A DNA stretch of 64,000 bases from Podarcis vaucheri (taxonomy: Eukaryota): assembly GCA_965113315.1 (NCBI GenBank), contig OZ220363.1; one strand, 5' to 3'. This document shows, piece by piece, positions 11,670 through 24,600 of this stretch. Made by a program: the position numbers and the translations under genes. Numbering within the stretch: position 1 is the first letter of the stretch; each line of letters begins with the position of its first letter. The notes beneath the pieces are model-generated. The model did not search any database. It saw only the letters and a program-made list of their open reading frames with translations, and was not told the DNA's origin.

Positions 11670-14600
11670 TGGGATAAGCACCAGGAAAGATGAGCAAATG
11701 TTACTCACTTAGATCAACTCTTGTACTCTCTACACACTGGACTTGCCAAAGTCTGGCACACCTTCTATGATGTGTGCAGCTCCCTTGCTAGCAAGGTTTA
11801 GCCACATTCGTTTTAACAATTTCCAGCAGCAGCAGCAGCTCCACAGCTATGAAATGATAGATATGTCTTCTGCCCCTTTTCTGAGAGGGAGAGTTCTATG
11901 GCAGCTTGTAAGAAACTGCTGTATCAGAATGCATAAGAGCAGTGCAACTGTAGTGCTCATACTTCTTTCCTGCAAAAAGCTATTATTATTTTTTTCAAAA
12001 AGAGACAAAACACAAGGGTGATAGTTCCTCACATTTGAGTAACCACAGGTTATGATTCTGAAATCAAAAGCTAACAACATCTTCCTACCCAAATACGAAA
12101 AGCCATTTTCTTCCCTGCACCCGGAGAAAGTGAAGAGTTAGGACAACCTCCAAAATACGATTTGTAAAATAGGATTTGTAGTTGCTATTATTCAAACCTC
12201 CGTTCTATAAGAATCTTAACCTGCTGTGTCCTTTGCTCTCTGCCCCACTCCCTGGGTTCAACATATCCCTCTCAAAATGAAAGCCATAGTTTCAAATCTG
12301 TTCAACTGAATCTTGTAGATGTTGCCTAAGCTTATAAAGGAGGTTTAAAAAAAAGGAAAACAAAAAGTGGATGAGAGATCCTTTGTAGCACTTGACTGTA
12401 CAGAATTTGGGCACAGTCCTCACAGCATCTCTGGGGTTGCATGCAACTTGATGGCACTTTAATGGTTGCCTCCTGCTACATAGAATTGGTTTAGGAAATC
12501 CCATGAGTCTCAAAAGAGACTTGCTGTGCAAAGTGCCCCACTAGATGTAAGAGAGCTGGGTCTCTTCCCCATGGCAAAAATGCATTGCTCCTCTGAAGGA
12601 TATTCCCAAACATTTGCATATTCAGTTTCCACATCAAACACTGGGAGGGGGCTTTGTTTCCTTGCTGACTAAGCCCTGCTGTCAAAAGCAACACTGCCAA
12701 ACCAAATACATTTCCAGTGTGTACTACAACATCCATTATGACAACCCCAAGTGTAATAAATACCAGGTGTTTAGAAAACCCCTCAGAGAATCAGACCGCT
12801 CTACTGTGGACATTATCAGCTGGGTGCCTGAAACACTAAATTAACTTAGGGCATAGTGACATTCTTGCATCCTATGTCATTAACCTGCCATGTGATAAGA
12901 AACTGCTCTTATTTTGCATTAGATGTTGCCCCTAAAGAATTGTACTGCCATGCAAACATTAATGGAATGTTAAAAAGCTCAGATGTTCTTTTCCACCCAT
13001 TCACCCTACTTTCTGTTGAAATGGCATCTGCACACCCACGTTGCAATTGCCATTCATATTTTTGAAAGGGTGTCATTCTTCACATTCAGATGCCTGGGAA
13101 GAATGAATTTGGAATATCCTAACTAAAAATATCCCTCCCCTAGCCTGCCCTGATTTCTGGCATTTGGAGAAAGAAAGATATGCTGCATAACCAGAATGGG
13201 AAAATATTCTATGTAATAAAATAAATTCTAGTCTTTATCTAACTGAAAAATAGATCCGGCTTATTTATGGCAAAAAAAGAGTGAATGAAAGGTTTAATTC
13301 ATTTGCATATATACCTTTTTAAGAACTGTTGCAAAATAAATTACAATTTTGCAGCACCCTCTGAAACAGTGACACTGATCCAGCCATTTCTTACACAATG
13401 AAGAGGCTCAGATGGAGCTCAATTACGAGCAAGTGTCCCAATCATTTCGGTGGAAAACAAAGATCTGCATGTGCAGCAGCTTTCTTTTGTCAGGTGAATG
13501 GGATGTTCGGCACTCAAAAGAGCCTCATGTGTGCAACAGAAACCCCAGAAGAGTCTGGATTAGAGTCTGTAGAAATTTGATCAAGTTCTCAGTCATGGGC
13601 ACATGGAAGCAAACAGCAAAAACCAAAACAAAACCCCAACAGGTTGCATATCTAAATCCCCAAAAAATTCTACAGCCCATGCATCCATCCAGACTATTGC
13701 AACCAGTGATACCATTCACAATTTAGGCACCAATGTTTTATGATATGTGGTTGCATAAGGTAACATCAGGTGTTGGCATCAGCACTGGATTGCTCTTCCT
13801 ATTCAAACTAGCCATTTTGCATCATGAACACAGAGCCACTGACCGGTTTGCATGTCTTGCCTGTGTTAATGGTCTCGACTGTGCCATCATTCAGATTATA
13901 TGTCCAAAATGTGTTTTAAAGGTGGCAACAGTAATGAGCACAGGTCTGGCTGCCAGACAGTGAACCTAAATCTAAAACAAACGGCTTGGACAAATGTCAA
14001 GCCAGCAACTGCAAATAGATATGGTCATTGCTGAAAGAAGATATGGAGGAGAATCCCCAAGCTCTGGAATTGTTCATCATTCATGCCGGGACTCTTATTA
14101 CATGCTCTGCATTGTGGCAGTCTCCATCTCTTAGCACCAGGAGTTATGCTGAACAACAATGGCAAACTCGCTCACGTTGCCAGACACACTGGGAATGTCC
14201 ATTAAAGCGTGGTGTGTATTGGCTAGACATGAATGTCAGACAATCACCTGTCCAAAGACGACATGGCTTCTGCACTGGTCTAACACAATCACACATATAC
14301 AAAGAATAACATTCAAAACTGGACTGGATTATTATTATTTGAAAAGGCTACAGACCCCATTTTTTTACCTTTACCGAAGCAGAATTACTTTTTCTTCTTC
14401 TTGCTCAGACACAGAAGGATACTGTCAACTGATGGTGCACATTGTACTCCCATGGAGAAGTACTAGCTGGAAGACACTGAAGGAATCTGCAGTAGGCTTT
14501 ATAGGTTAGACTATGCTATGAAGACATTCTTCAGAGACAAACTGAACTCAAAACATTTTTTTCCCAAGTGAATAAAAAATTATAAAAAATAAAATCAGCA

Positions 14601-15498
14601 TTAGCACAAAGCTTGGTGATTTCAACAAGGACAGCAAGGCCATCAATCTAGCAGCTCCTTAAGAGACTACCACAATCAAAGTTAAAAGAAAATAGTTGCC
14701 CCACCCCTTCCAAAATCAAGATATTCCATGGCTCTTGTTCCACTCATCATATTTTCCCCAGTGGGATAAATTCTCTTCTACCCAGAGCCCATGCTTCAAG
14801 CACCCAAACCTATACTTCAGGTAATGTCATCCTACATTTCCCTCAAAACTATGGCTGGAAATGTTTCAAAATACTAGTTTTTGCGTGAAGTACCTTATCT
14901 TTGTTCTGTTTATCTCACTAGACTTTTTTTTCCATTGAAGGCTGCATATTATTTCAACGTGTCGCAGGAAATGGTGATGACACACTGATCAACCCCCAAA
15001 CCTAAACACCAGAATCTTGAGCACAATGTTTGATAAGGCTTCTCTTGTGGATGACATTCATACTACCATTAACCTGTAGGCTTATGAAGGACGCATCTCA
15101 GCGCATTGAAGGCATTTGTCTCCCATGTCCACTGAGTTTCTGAAGCGGTGCTGGGTAGCCAAGTACCATTCCACACAAAGTTAGCACATAATGGTTGGTT
15201 CTTGGACTGTCATGGCATCAGACACAAAGGCATCTCCAGCCATAAATATCCATAGCAGTATGTGATGTCTCTAGCTGAGGACTCCTCAAAAAATCTTAGG
15301 CAAGATGGTCCATTGTCCATAAGCAGTGGGTCCACTTAAGGAGATGTACTACTCAAAAGTAAGACCACTGATAAAAAAGAAAATAAAAGGCCCACTGTGT
15401 AATATTTACATCTAGAGACTGGGCCAATATTTGGTCCATAAACTCAATTTAAAAAATAAAAATCATAAAGGAAGTGATCCAGTTCTTGGTGTCCATCA

Positions 15499-15654
15499 TC
15501 AGCTGTTGGTAAAGGTCCTTCCAGGGGAGGCCTCAGGCCTGTAGTCATACTTATTCAGTGTACTGGGGTAATAGGTGGTTGTGTACACATTTGTTTGCTG
15601 CAAAGGATAGAAGTTGGTCCTGTCATCTGGTATTAAATTGTTCTTGTTAAGTGT
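15499..15654 (-). CDS. SEMA5B: SEMA5B last coding exon (TLNKNNLIPDDRTNFYPLQQTNVYTTTYYPSTLNKYDYRPEASPGRTFTNS*)
   Basis: cacag acceptor; 51 codons then TGA, immediately followed by a second in-frame TGA (15496-15498). Confidence 0.96.
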   Translation of the reverse strand, partial: TLNKNNLIPDDRTNFYPLQQTNVYTTTYYPSTLNKYDYRPEASPGRTFTNS

Positions 15655-18600
15655 CTGTGGGGGGAAAAACAGAGAAATTTATAGAGACATTATTTTCCCT
15701 CCCTTGTCCAAAGAGCTCACATATTCCATTTTCTAATGCAATTTTATATTAGTACCTTCCCTCTTCTAAGGTGTCGTCTTAAGTATTTTGTAGCTCTCTA
15801 CAGAGACCTTTCTGTGGATAGGGCCACAACTCCTCCTGGCTTGCCACTGTTTTGGGCAATCTGAGCCAAGCCACTACTACAAACTAAGATCTATGGGTTT
15901 CTCCAGATTTGCAGACATGGCTTTCCCATATTGGTGACATGATGTTTGATGGTCGTCACCACCATCTCCATCACCCGCCACTGTGCAACTGTGACTGGGG
16001 TCCCGTCTACATGTTTCACTCCAGCTCCCTCCCAAGAGTAAACCAAAAGGGCATTTCTCTTTTGCTTTGGAAGAGCAGGTGCACATTTACCTGATCTCCA
16101 TCTCCACTGGTAGATATCCAGGTTTGGACCCCCCGATATTAAGTGTGTCACTTCTGTAAGCTACAGTGTAAGTAACAAGGCATGGTCACATTTGAGGGGA
16201 AAAGGATGGCTGAAGAAAATTAACAACCAACAAAGTTACAAGTAGTTGTCAACAGCATGGAGAAAAAATGGAGGTGGGATGTAGGTGTCATTTTAATTAC
16301 TGATGTTTAAATAAGGGATTTCTTATTCTTCCCCCTGCCCCTTCCTTTGCTGGGCATTTATTAATTAATTCCTTTCAATGGCACCACCAAAAGCTGATGT
16401 AAAAATTCACTGTCATTTCAATACACTCTTTATCTTTTTCTAGCTCATGGTTAATCTGTCTGCTGGACAGATGTATTTTTCTGTGCCCGGAAAAAGAAGT
16501 CTGTCACGTTTGAACACATTCAGAAAAAGAAACAGTGAAAAACAGCATCTTTGCAAAGGATTAAAAATATATAATTCCATAATCTTGATGTGGCTATTAC
16601 AAATGAAACAGACAATATCTTGCCCCCTTCTGACCTCAAATGTAGCTCTCGGGGATCTCTTAACCAGGTCACTGACCTAGTCAAAAACCACTTGAGCGCC
16701 AGCAAGTCTATAGCATCAGGTACAATTATCTTTCCTTATAAAGCACCCCGTCACACTAGAACAGGGGTGGGCAGATTTCGTGGTTGCAGGAGTGACTTTG
16801 TGTTTTACTAGAACCCATGAACCGGAGCCAGCTGCAGAGGACACATGTAGAATCGAATTCTGAGCCCAAGGCATTTGTTTTGCCAGCACTGAAAGTTCTT
16901 CACAAAGGTTTATTCCTGATGGCAACCCCGCCACAACCACCTGCAACAATGACACTCCTTTCTTCATTTCAAGAGTATCATTTGGGAAGGGAGTTAATTT
17001 GGTTATTAAAGAACAACAGAAATTGGTGATCTTGAAATCACCCAGATCTACCAGTAGATACAGATCTACCTTCTGCCCACTGCTACACCAGACACAATGA
17101 AGCTTTTAGACAGATGGAAAGTGGGTTAAACCCAAAAGTGCCTTTCTGTGTGTGAATGAGTCTTCTATGCATGGAAGGGCTGTTTTACACATTGATCTCA
17201 AGTGTTCCACAATAAAACAAACAAAAATCCAAGTTTTTTTTCCTGCACAGTCAGATGCATACGGATTGCCTCCAAATCTCCACAATATACAATAGAGACT
17301 ATCATTCACTCAGCAGCCATGTGCTTGCATGATACTGACTGAGCATCCCACTCTTCCACTTCCATCCCTGCCACCTAAAGACCTTGCAAGCTACCTCACT
17401 GGTCATAACAACATCTACTGTATTTTTCTGTGTAGTCAGTGGAGCGGACTCCCTCAGGTGGTTGTGGACTCTCCTTTATTGGAGGTTTTTAAGCAGAGGT
17501 TGGATGGTCATCTGTCTTGGATGCTTTAGTTGAGATTCCCGCATTGAAAGGGGGTTGGACTAGGTGACTCCCAGGATCCTTTCCAACTCTACAATTCTAT
17601 GATTGTAGCAACTCTGGTCAAACAAGGGTTGGGGGGCTTTGAAGCCTTCCCATATGATACAAAACCCAGACTGGAATGAAAAGTGGGGGAAAGAGAGGAG
17701 AGGATGAGGGAACATGTAACAGTGGGGCCTATCAATTGTATGTTTGTGTGTGATTGTGGGGAGCCTTATATCCCGCCTCAAGATAACAAAAGGGCCTGCA
17801 CTACAAGTGGTCAAAACCAAAGGCAGGTTTTGCTTGGAACGTCCCAACAACAGCAACACACTCCCGACTTTATACTGCAGCACAGCAGACAGCAAAGATT
17901 CAGAGCTACTGAATGGCTGCTAATATTCCACATAAATTTGACAGAGGCAAACATTCAAACCCTTAAGTGGCAGCATCCACTGATCTTAAATAAGACGAAT
18001 GTGACAAGCCTGCCAGGCTTGCTGCTGCCGCTGCTGCCATAAGGTAATGGCACCTCTGTAAGATGCATCATTGCTCTGCCGGTGTAATCTTCACTGCATG
18101 AGAGCCACACCTCCCGAGCATGGCTGACTGCTCAATTTGACTCGACCCAATGAATTAAAGAGGGTCAGGGGAAGAGACTAATAGCTTTCAGCTAAGCTGT
18201 ACTGCTAAATCCTTTTTGTTCCTCCTCAGTAAGCCTCCTTGCTTTCTCTTCCTAGCAGGCATTATGTAAATCAAGCATCCCTTGAAGTGATATTTAGAGC
18301 TGCGGGATAATACAATAAAAATAATGCTGTTTCCCACCTGCAAACCATTCCCTTTCATATCACTCTGCCCACTGAAAACATGTGCTTTGCCACTCAAGCG
18401 GCAAACATTCTTAAATGCCGGAAGGTGGGGGGGGAAAGGCTTTGGTACACATGAAAATCATAAGAACCAAAATTTGCATTTCACTTTTTTTGTTGGAGGA
18501 GGAGGAGGAGGGTTGAGTGGATGGAATAAATGATTTGCTAATCTAGCCAAGAGCCTCAATTTTAAAGCCACGCGGTGAAGAGATGGGTCTCAAGGAGAAA

Positions 18601-21600
18601 CCGTTACTAACTTTCCAGACTGCTGCAATTCATCCAGCTTTTGACTGATGGCTAAACTGTAAACAGATTGATGCTGCAGCTTCAAACGATGTACAACCGA
18701 AGGGTCACTACAGGAAGGAGGTTCTTGCTGTGGCTGTATCGCTGCTTCTGCCAGCCCACACATGGGAATCAAGGGTGAAGAAAGAAAACAGCCAGTAAAA
18801 GTGAAAGAGCAACCTATCAAATTAAAAGATAGGAGATTGCCATCTTGCGCTTTCCAAGGGATAGAAGGGTAAAAAAAACTCCACAAGCCCATTTCTAGCC
18901 CAGCTGCAAACACCTCCTGGGAAACGAAAGGTGGTTCAAAGTCTTCTATGCTATCTCTGCCTCCCTGGACCCCGCAAGTGTTATTTTCAGCAGCAGTAAA
19001 AATGACCATCCACAAGGGAACAAGACGTTGAGAAGTCAGGCAGTGCTTTGGAACATCACATCCCCCTTCTAGTTTTATTTCTCATTTCACAGCTGGAAGG
19101 TCCTCCGATTTTTTTTTAAGATTGCCGCTTCATCTGAAATTATTATTCTTCAGGGGATGGGAGGAGAGCAGAGGCTCTGTTTCCCGGTCTCCAGCACTGA
19201 CATTTTCCCTACAGCATCTAGGTGTATATCTCTGGGTGGTTAATGAACCACATATCACACGATTCAATATCCCTTTCACCAAGGGTACTGCGCCAGACTG
19301 ATGAAACCGGCTTTCTTTCTGTTGACAGAAGGAAGGCTATATTGTGGAAATCTCTCTGCAACCTGAAATAATTCCTGTAACTGGAAGTTACAAGGCTGTA
19401 TTTTGCAAATCCTCCCTCCCTCACTCTCACACACAAACACACTTCCTATTGCTTCATTCCCTCGTCACCAAGAGCCACTCATTCATTGTGTCATGTCCAA
19501 GCACCAGTGGTTCTAGGCTCCAACTATCCCCTTTTATTGGTGTCTTTTTCTTCACTATAACCCTGCCTGGCCCACAATCTACGACATTCTCTTTCCTTGC
19601 AGCCCTATATGACTGGGCCTGTTGCTCCTGATCCGCTTCCAAAGGACACCTTCCTCCTCCTGCCAAGCTCTCTTTTCTCTGGGTATGTGGCTGGCACTGG
19701 CAGCAGAGGCAAGGGCAGCAAAGGACAAGTCTCTTGTCTTGAACAGCTTGGGACCTGTATCGTGAGTTTTGAGCCAGTTTGGCCATTCAACTTTTGTTTA
19801 CAAGTCTGATGTGATACCATAAATATTCTGCATAATTCTACGTTCTCCTTGGTCCTCCCCCCCCCCCCGATGTGCTGCACTGAGCTCAGCTGACGTTTAC
19901 CATATTGTTCTCCACTCGTGATCTAGCTCTCTTAAGACTAGCCACAAACTAGCTGTAAACCATGAACAAACCTTGGTTACAGCTCATGGATAGGCTTGGA
20001 AAAGTGCTGAACTATGAGTCGAGATTTGGATGACAGGGGAAGACTACAAGCTCCTCCCTGGGAGCTTGCTCATACTTGCTATGTTATGGTTGTGATGTGC
20101 CAACCAGGACTATATTTCCCATGGTTGCTATATGGTATCCTCGGGTTCAGGGATACTCTGGTTTTGTTTGCTTTGGAGCAAACAACGGAGGACCACCATT
20201 GCCATTGTTTGGAGGCTTCCTGCTAACCACTGTTAGTAAAGGATTTTGGATTAGATGGACCCCCTATTCCTGACTGAGTAGGTCACATCTTAAGAAGATA
20301 TGAAGCCACTTTATAATCTCAGACAGCGATCTAGTACAGTACTGTCTGCTCCAGCCTGCCCTTCCAGTAGCTGGAGACTTCCAACTCCCACCAGCCTCCC
20401 TTGGCACAGCCAGTAGTAAGAGTTACACTCCAAAACATCTGGAGAACACTGGGTTGGGGAAGGCTGGTTTACTCTGAATGGTTACAGCTCTGTTACAGCT
20501 TGGGCATAGGTCCCAGACCTGCAACCGAAAAATATTTTACGTCAAGATGCCATATATTGAACTTAGAACATCTGCATGAGGGGGGAAAGGTGTTTGGTCA
20601 AGCTATCTTCCTGTTCATTTATATTTATTGCAGTTTGGGGGATCTTTAAACATTCTTTGTGCTTTTAGTGCAGAAACCCCAGATTCTTGCATGTGAAGCC
20701 TACTTGCATACTCAGCAGAATTAAATTTAGGAGAACCCTCACACATAATTTTGCCCTTGGGGCTGCATGGGGGGTGTGTCTTTTCCTCACTCAGCTGGTT
20801 GGCAACTCGTGAGTACTATGATCAGCCAATATATAGGCAGGACAGAAAATCCCCTTCCTCATATCATGGATCATTACAATCATGATTACCAGCAGACTGA
20901 TAACCCTTGCTTGTGTGTATGGCCCTTTTGAAACTCTCACTTGGAAGCGCAGTATCTAAAACAGCAGGGGCTTATGTTTTAATAGCGTGCGCTATTACAG
21001 CCCAAACAACCTGGCTGAGCAGGGAATGGTGTAAGGAGCTGCAACCTAATGCATGATGTAAACAACTCCTGTTACAATATGCATTCGTGCTGAACAGAAC
21101 ACAACACCATCAAAGGACTGTAGAAGCTATTTCTAATTAATGGAACATGAATGGCTGATTAGATGACTTGAAATATTCGCCCACAACCTTGGCTAAAAGA
21201 TCTGACAGCAGAACCCAGAATATTCTGCACAAAGCAGGCAGAAGATATCCACCCCCCTCCTCTCTGAATCATCAGTGTCTTGGCAGGTTATCAGTGAAAT
21301 GATCGATGGGTTACTGCCATCAACAGCATTTACATCTCATCCATATGTACTTGAATGCCCGAATCACCCTCATGCAGGTTCCACCTCCTTGTCATTAGAT
21401 CTTGCCTTCTTTGAAATATGCTGTGGTTAAAACACAGATGAAATATGCTGTGGCTAAAGCACAGCTTTTGAACAGGGAGGTTTGAAGAAACAAAAATAAA
21501 ATACTAGAGATGGCTTTGGAAACCTCTGTATCATCATAGACCATTGACTGTTAACCCTCTGCGCCCCTTCCCACTATGTCAGAGGTGCTGGGGTGCCCTG

Positions 21601-24600
21601 TCTGACCACCACTTTGGTTCATTTAGAACGGAAGGAATGGCAGAGCTCCGGGAAATTCTGGATAACATTCCATCTCCCATTTTCTAACCTGTTGTGCCTT
21701 CCTGATTACTGTGTGAGACAACAACATCCTCCCTGTAAGTTGTAACAAACAATGCATTACAATTTTTGGCACATCAAGCACAGAACACGAGCTTTAGCTT
21801 GCCTTGCCGGGAGGCGCTCACCCCACCAAACACAGCAGATTCCATTGTTCAAAACAGTGTCAGGTCTAAGTGTCAGATCCACCTTGAAATCTCCCTGCCC
21901 CAACACCTGGTCATATCAATTTTGTAGACTTAAACAGACTTTACAGTCCCTCTTCCCTGAAAATTGTGCACCTGATGTGCGATGGGTGGTGGTGTGGGGA
22001 AAGAGATCTCTTATAAATCACAGCATCAAACTACCATTTCCAGAATTCTCTGTCATGAAAGGTATAAAACCAATGTGACTTTGCCATACAGATGGGGTCC
22101 TCTTCCTAATTGCCTTTTCACTCCTCTGTGTTCTTTAGACAATTTCAATTGCCTATAAGTCCAATGTGTGTCTGTCTCTGTGGTTTCTACCGTGTGGTTC
22201 CCTATAGATAGAACAGTCTTAACCCCTCTGTTAAATAAGCCATTTCTTTCTCCTCCTCTAAGGATCCACTTCTTCAGCAACTCCTTTGCTGAGCTTCACT
22301 TAGAATCATAGAATTCTAGAGTTGGAAGGGACCACACTTAACTTCACCTTTACTGCCCTCTGAGTCTTCCTTAGCCTATTCTCTACTACCTATCTGTCAA
22401 CTTCTTATGTCTCCACCCCCACCTTATCTAGCTAATGTACATGACAAAATCTGAGGTCAGGGATTCTTACCACTATGATGCTTCTACATAGCACCGAATC
22501 AGATGCTTAAAGACCCCTTCCTATACAGGAATGACCTTACTGGGTTGGTGGGTGGAAGGGGATGAATGATTTCGGGACCAAGAAAATACCTCAAATTAAT
22601 GAAACAATCAGAAACTTACAGTAGGATCCAGATTGTGTTTTCCTTTCTGTAAAGATCAATATTTATTTAATTAGCCAAAAGAATGGAAAGGGGCAGGAGA
22701 AAAGAGAAGCAGAGGAGGGGAAGAATCTAATTTGTGAGACATGATTTACCTTCTACAAGTTCATGCTGACTTGCACTTAACAAAAGTGCTTTCTTATTAA
22801 CCCTCCTCCAACTTTCTGCCAATGTAATCTTCCAAAACTTTTTTTTTTTTTGCTTATATCAGGCAAAATAATTTTACAAGGAGCAAAGCATCTCTGAGTT
22901 GACTTTAAGTAATTAAGAATGAGATCTCCCTGCCCCTCACCATCTATATTGCAACTGCACCCACAAACCAGATGGGCTTCTTAGTGTGCAAAGACAATGG
23001 ATGAACATAGACACATGTATTCAGGATTCATGAGAACTTCAAAGAGTCAAATTCCTGAGGCCTGGTTTATGAGGTGGAGAGTCACAAATAAGCAACTGAG
23101 CAAGTCCGGACATCAAGTTAAGTCTAGCATGCAAGCCCATAGAACAGGGCTGGTCCAACACATTTTGCTGCTTGAGCAGGAGGACAAATTTGGTGGTCCC
23201 CATTTCTACACAACAAAGCTGACTTGACTGGCAGCTGAATCTTATTTCAACACTGACAAGGCACCTGAGGGCAGCAGGCTCACTTTGAGAACACAGAGTG
23301 TAGTCTTCATGGCACACACAGCTAGGAAGCTGCCTTTAACAGAGTCAGACTATTGGTCCATGTAACAGTACTGTCGACACCATGGACAGCCAATACGGTG
23401 CCCTCCAGCTGTTACCACGTTCACTATTTTAATGAAAAAGAAATAAGCAACAGGGGAGCGGGGAGGTAGGAGCTGTTTGGTTACATGGTTTGCACACGCT
23501 GTTGGAATACCATGCTCTTCTGCTACATGGGCATATGATCAAGCCCACATTGCTTGCCTTCAGTGCAAGTTTCCTAATGTAGGGGCCCTCCAGGTATTTT
23601 GGACTCCCAACTGAATGACCAATGTTCAGGGAATATAGGGAGTCTAGTGGTGCCATCCACCAACTGGAAGGCACCACATTACCTACCCTTGGTCTACACA
23701 GACTGCCAGTGGCTCCACAGGGTTTTAATCAGGGATATTCAAAGCTCTACCTTGAAATACTGCGGACTGAATCCAGGGCATTTCCTAGGAGACTATTTTT
23801 AGTACAGTTAGAAATCCTGTGTTAAAGAACTGTGGCACACTAATTGTTCTGCATTCTTTAGCTTACCCATAACATAAGCTTCACTTATGTTAGAGAAGTT
23901 TTAGAAATGGGGAGCATGCAGTCATAAAATCTCCCCTCCACACTCTGAAGGGATACAGTCCTAGGGGGGTTGTACTATAGGATTCCTCTGAATTTTTTAG
24001 AGGAGACCTCTAAGTTTCCCTAACTAAGTATACCTCAAGGTTTAAATTTCTTAGCTTCATGCATTTCATTTTTTTGTGAAGAGAAAATTGCTGTTCATTG
24101 ATTCCAGATCTTTTGACACATGCTTTCTCATCCACCAAGATCGACATCACCAAAAATGTGCACTGAACCATTTCTAGAACACAATTTTGTCCTAATATTA
24201 GGAGATTTAAGCTTCCCTTGAAAATTAAACTTTTCCCTCAGAAAACAAGAAATTATGTGAGGAAGCAAGCAAAACAGGCGATTCCTTACGTCTCAGAAAG
24301 AAATTGTCATTGATAAGGAAGGCCAACTTAGCCAGTGCAGCTCTGGAAATAATAAGGTCTTGTTATTTTTCCAGACATCTGCTGGGCATGTAGCTTGTTA
24401 ATCAAGACTTCAAAATAGTTATTGATGCAACAGAGCTGGATTTAGGATTATCAAGGGTTAGTAACTGCCTGTGACACCACTGCCAATAAGGACAGGAGGA
24501 AACTCTCACTTGAGAGAAAGAGGCAGTTCTTCAAATGCAGAGTTGACCCCTTCCACACAGGTGAAGAGTACATCTCTGTAGGCAAGGGAGCTCCATCAAT

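Larger units (their letters stand above)
10640..15498 (-). other. SEMA5B: Putative SEMA5B 3' UTR (extent inferred)
   Basis: AT-rich stretch with few recognisable repeats, downstream of the stop. Minus-strand AATAAA at 10662-10667 with GU/U-rich sequence downstream; possible proximal ATTAAA at 13293-13298. Confidence 0.45.

Noticed and set aside
18590-19015. 141-aa minus-strand ORF in the last SEMA5B intron
   Set aside because: The best acceptors are out of phase with the phase-0 intron and hit a stop; no recognisable homology
19454-19880. Overlapping ORFs, one containing RRRKVSFG
   Set aside because: No supporting splice signals or homology; a short motif is expected by chance
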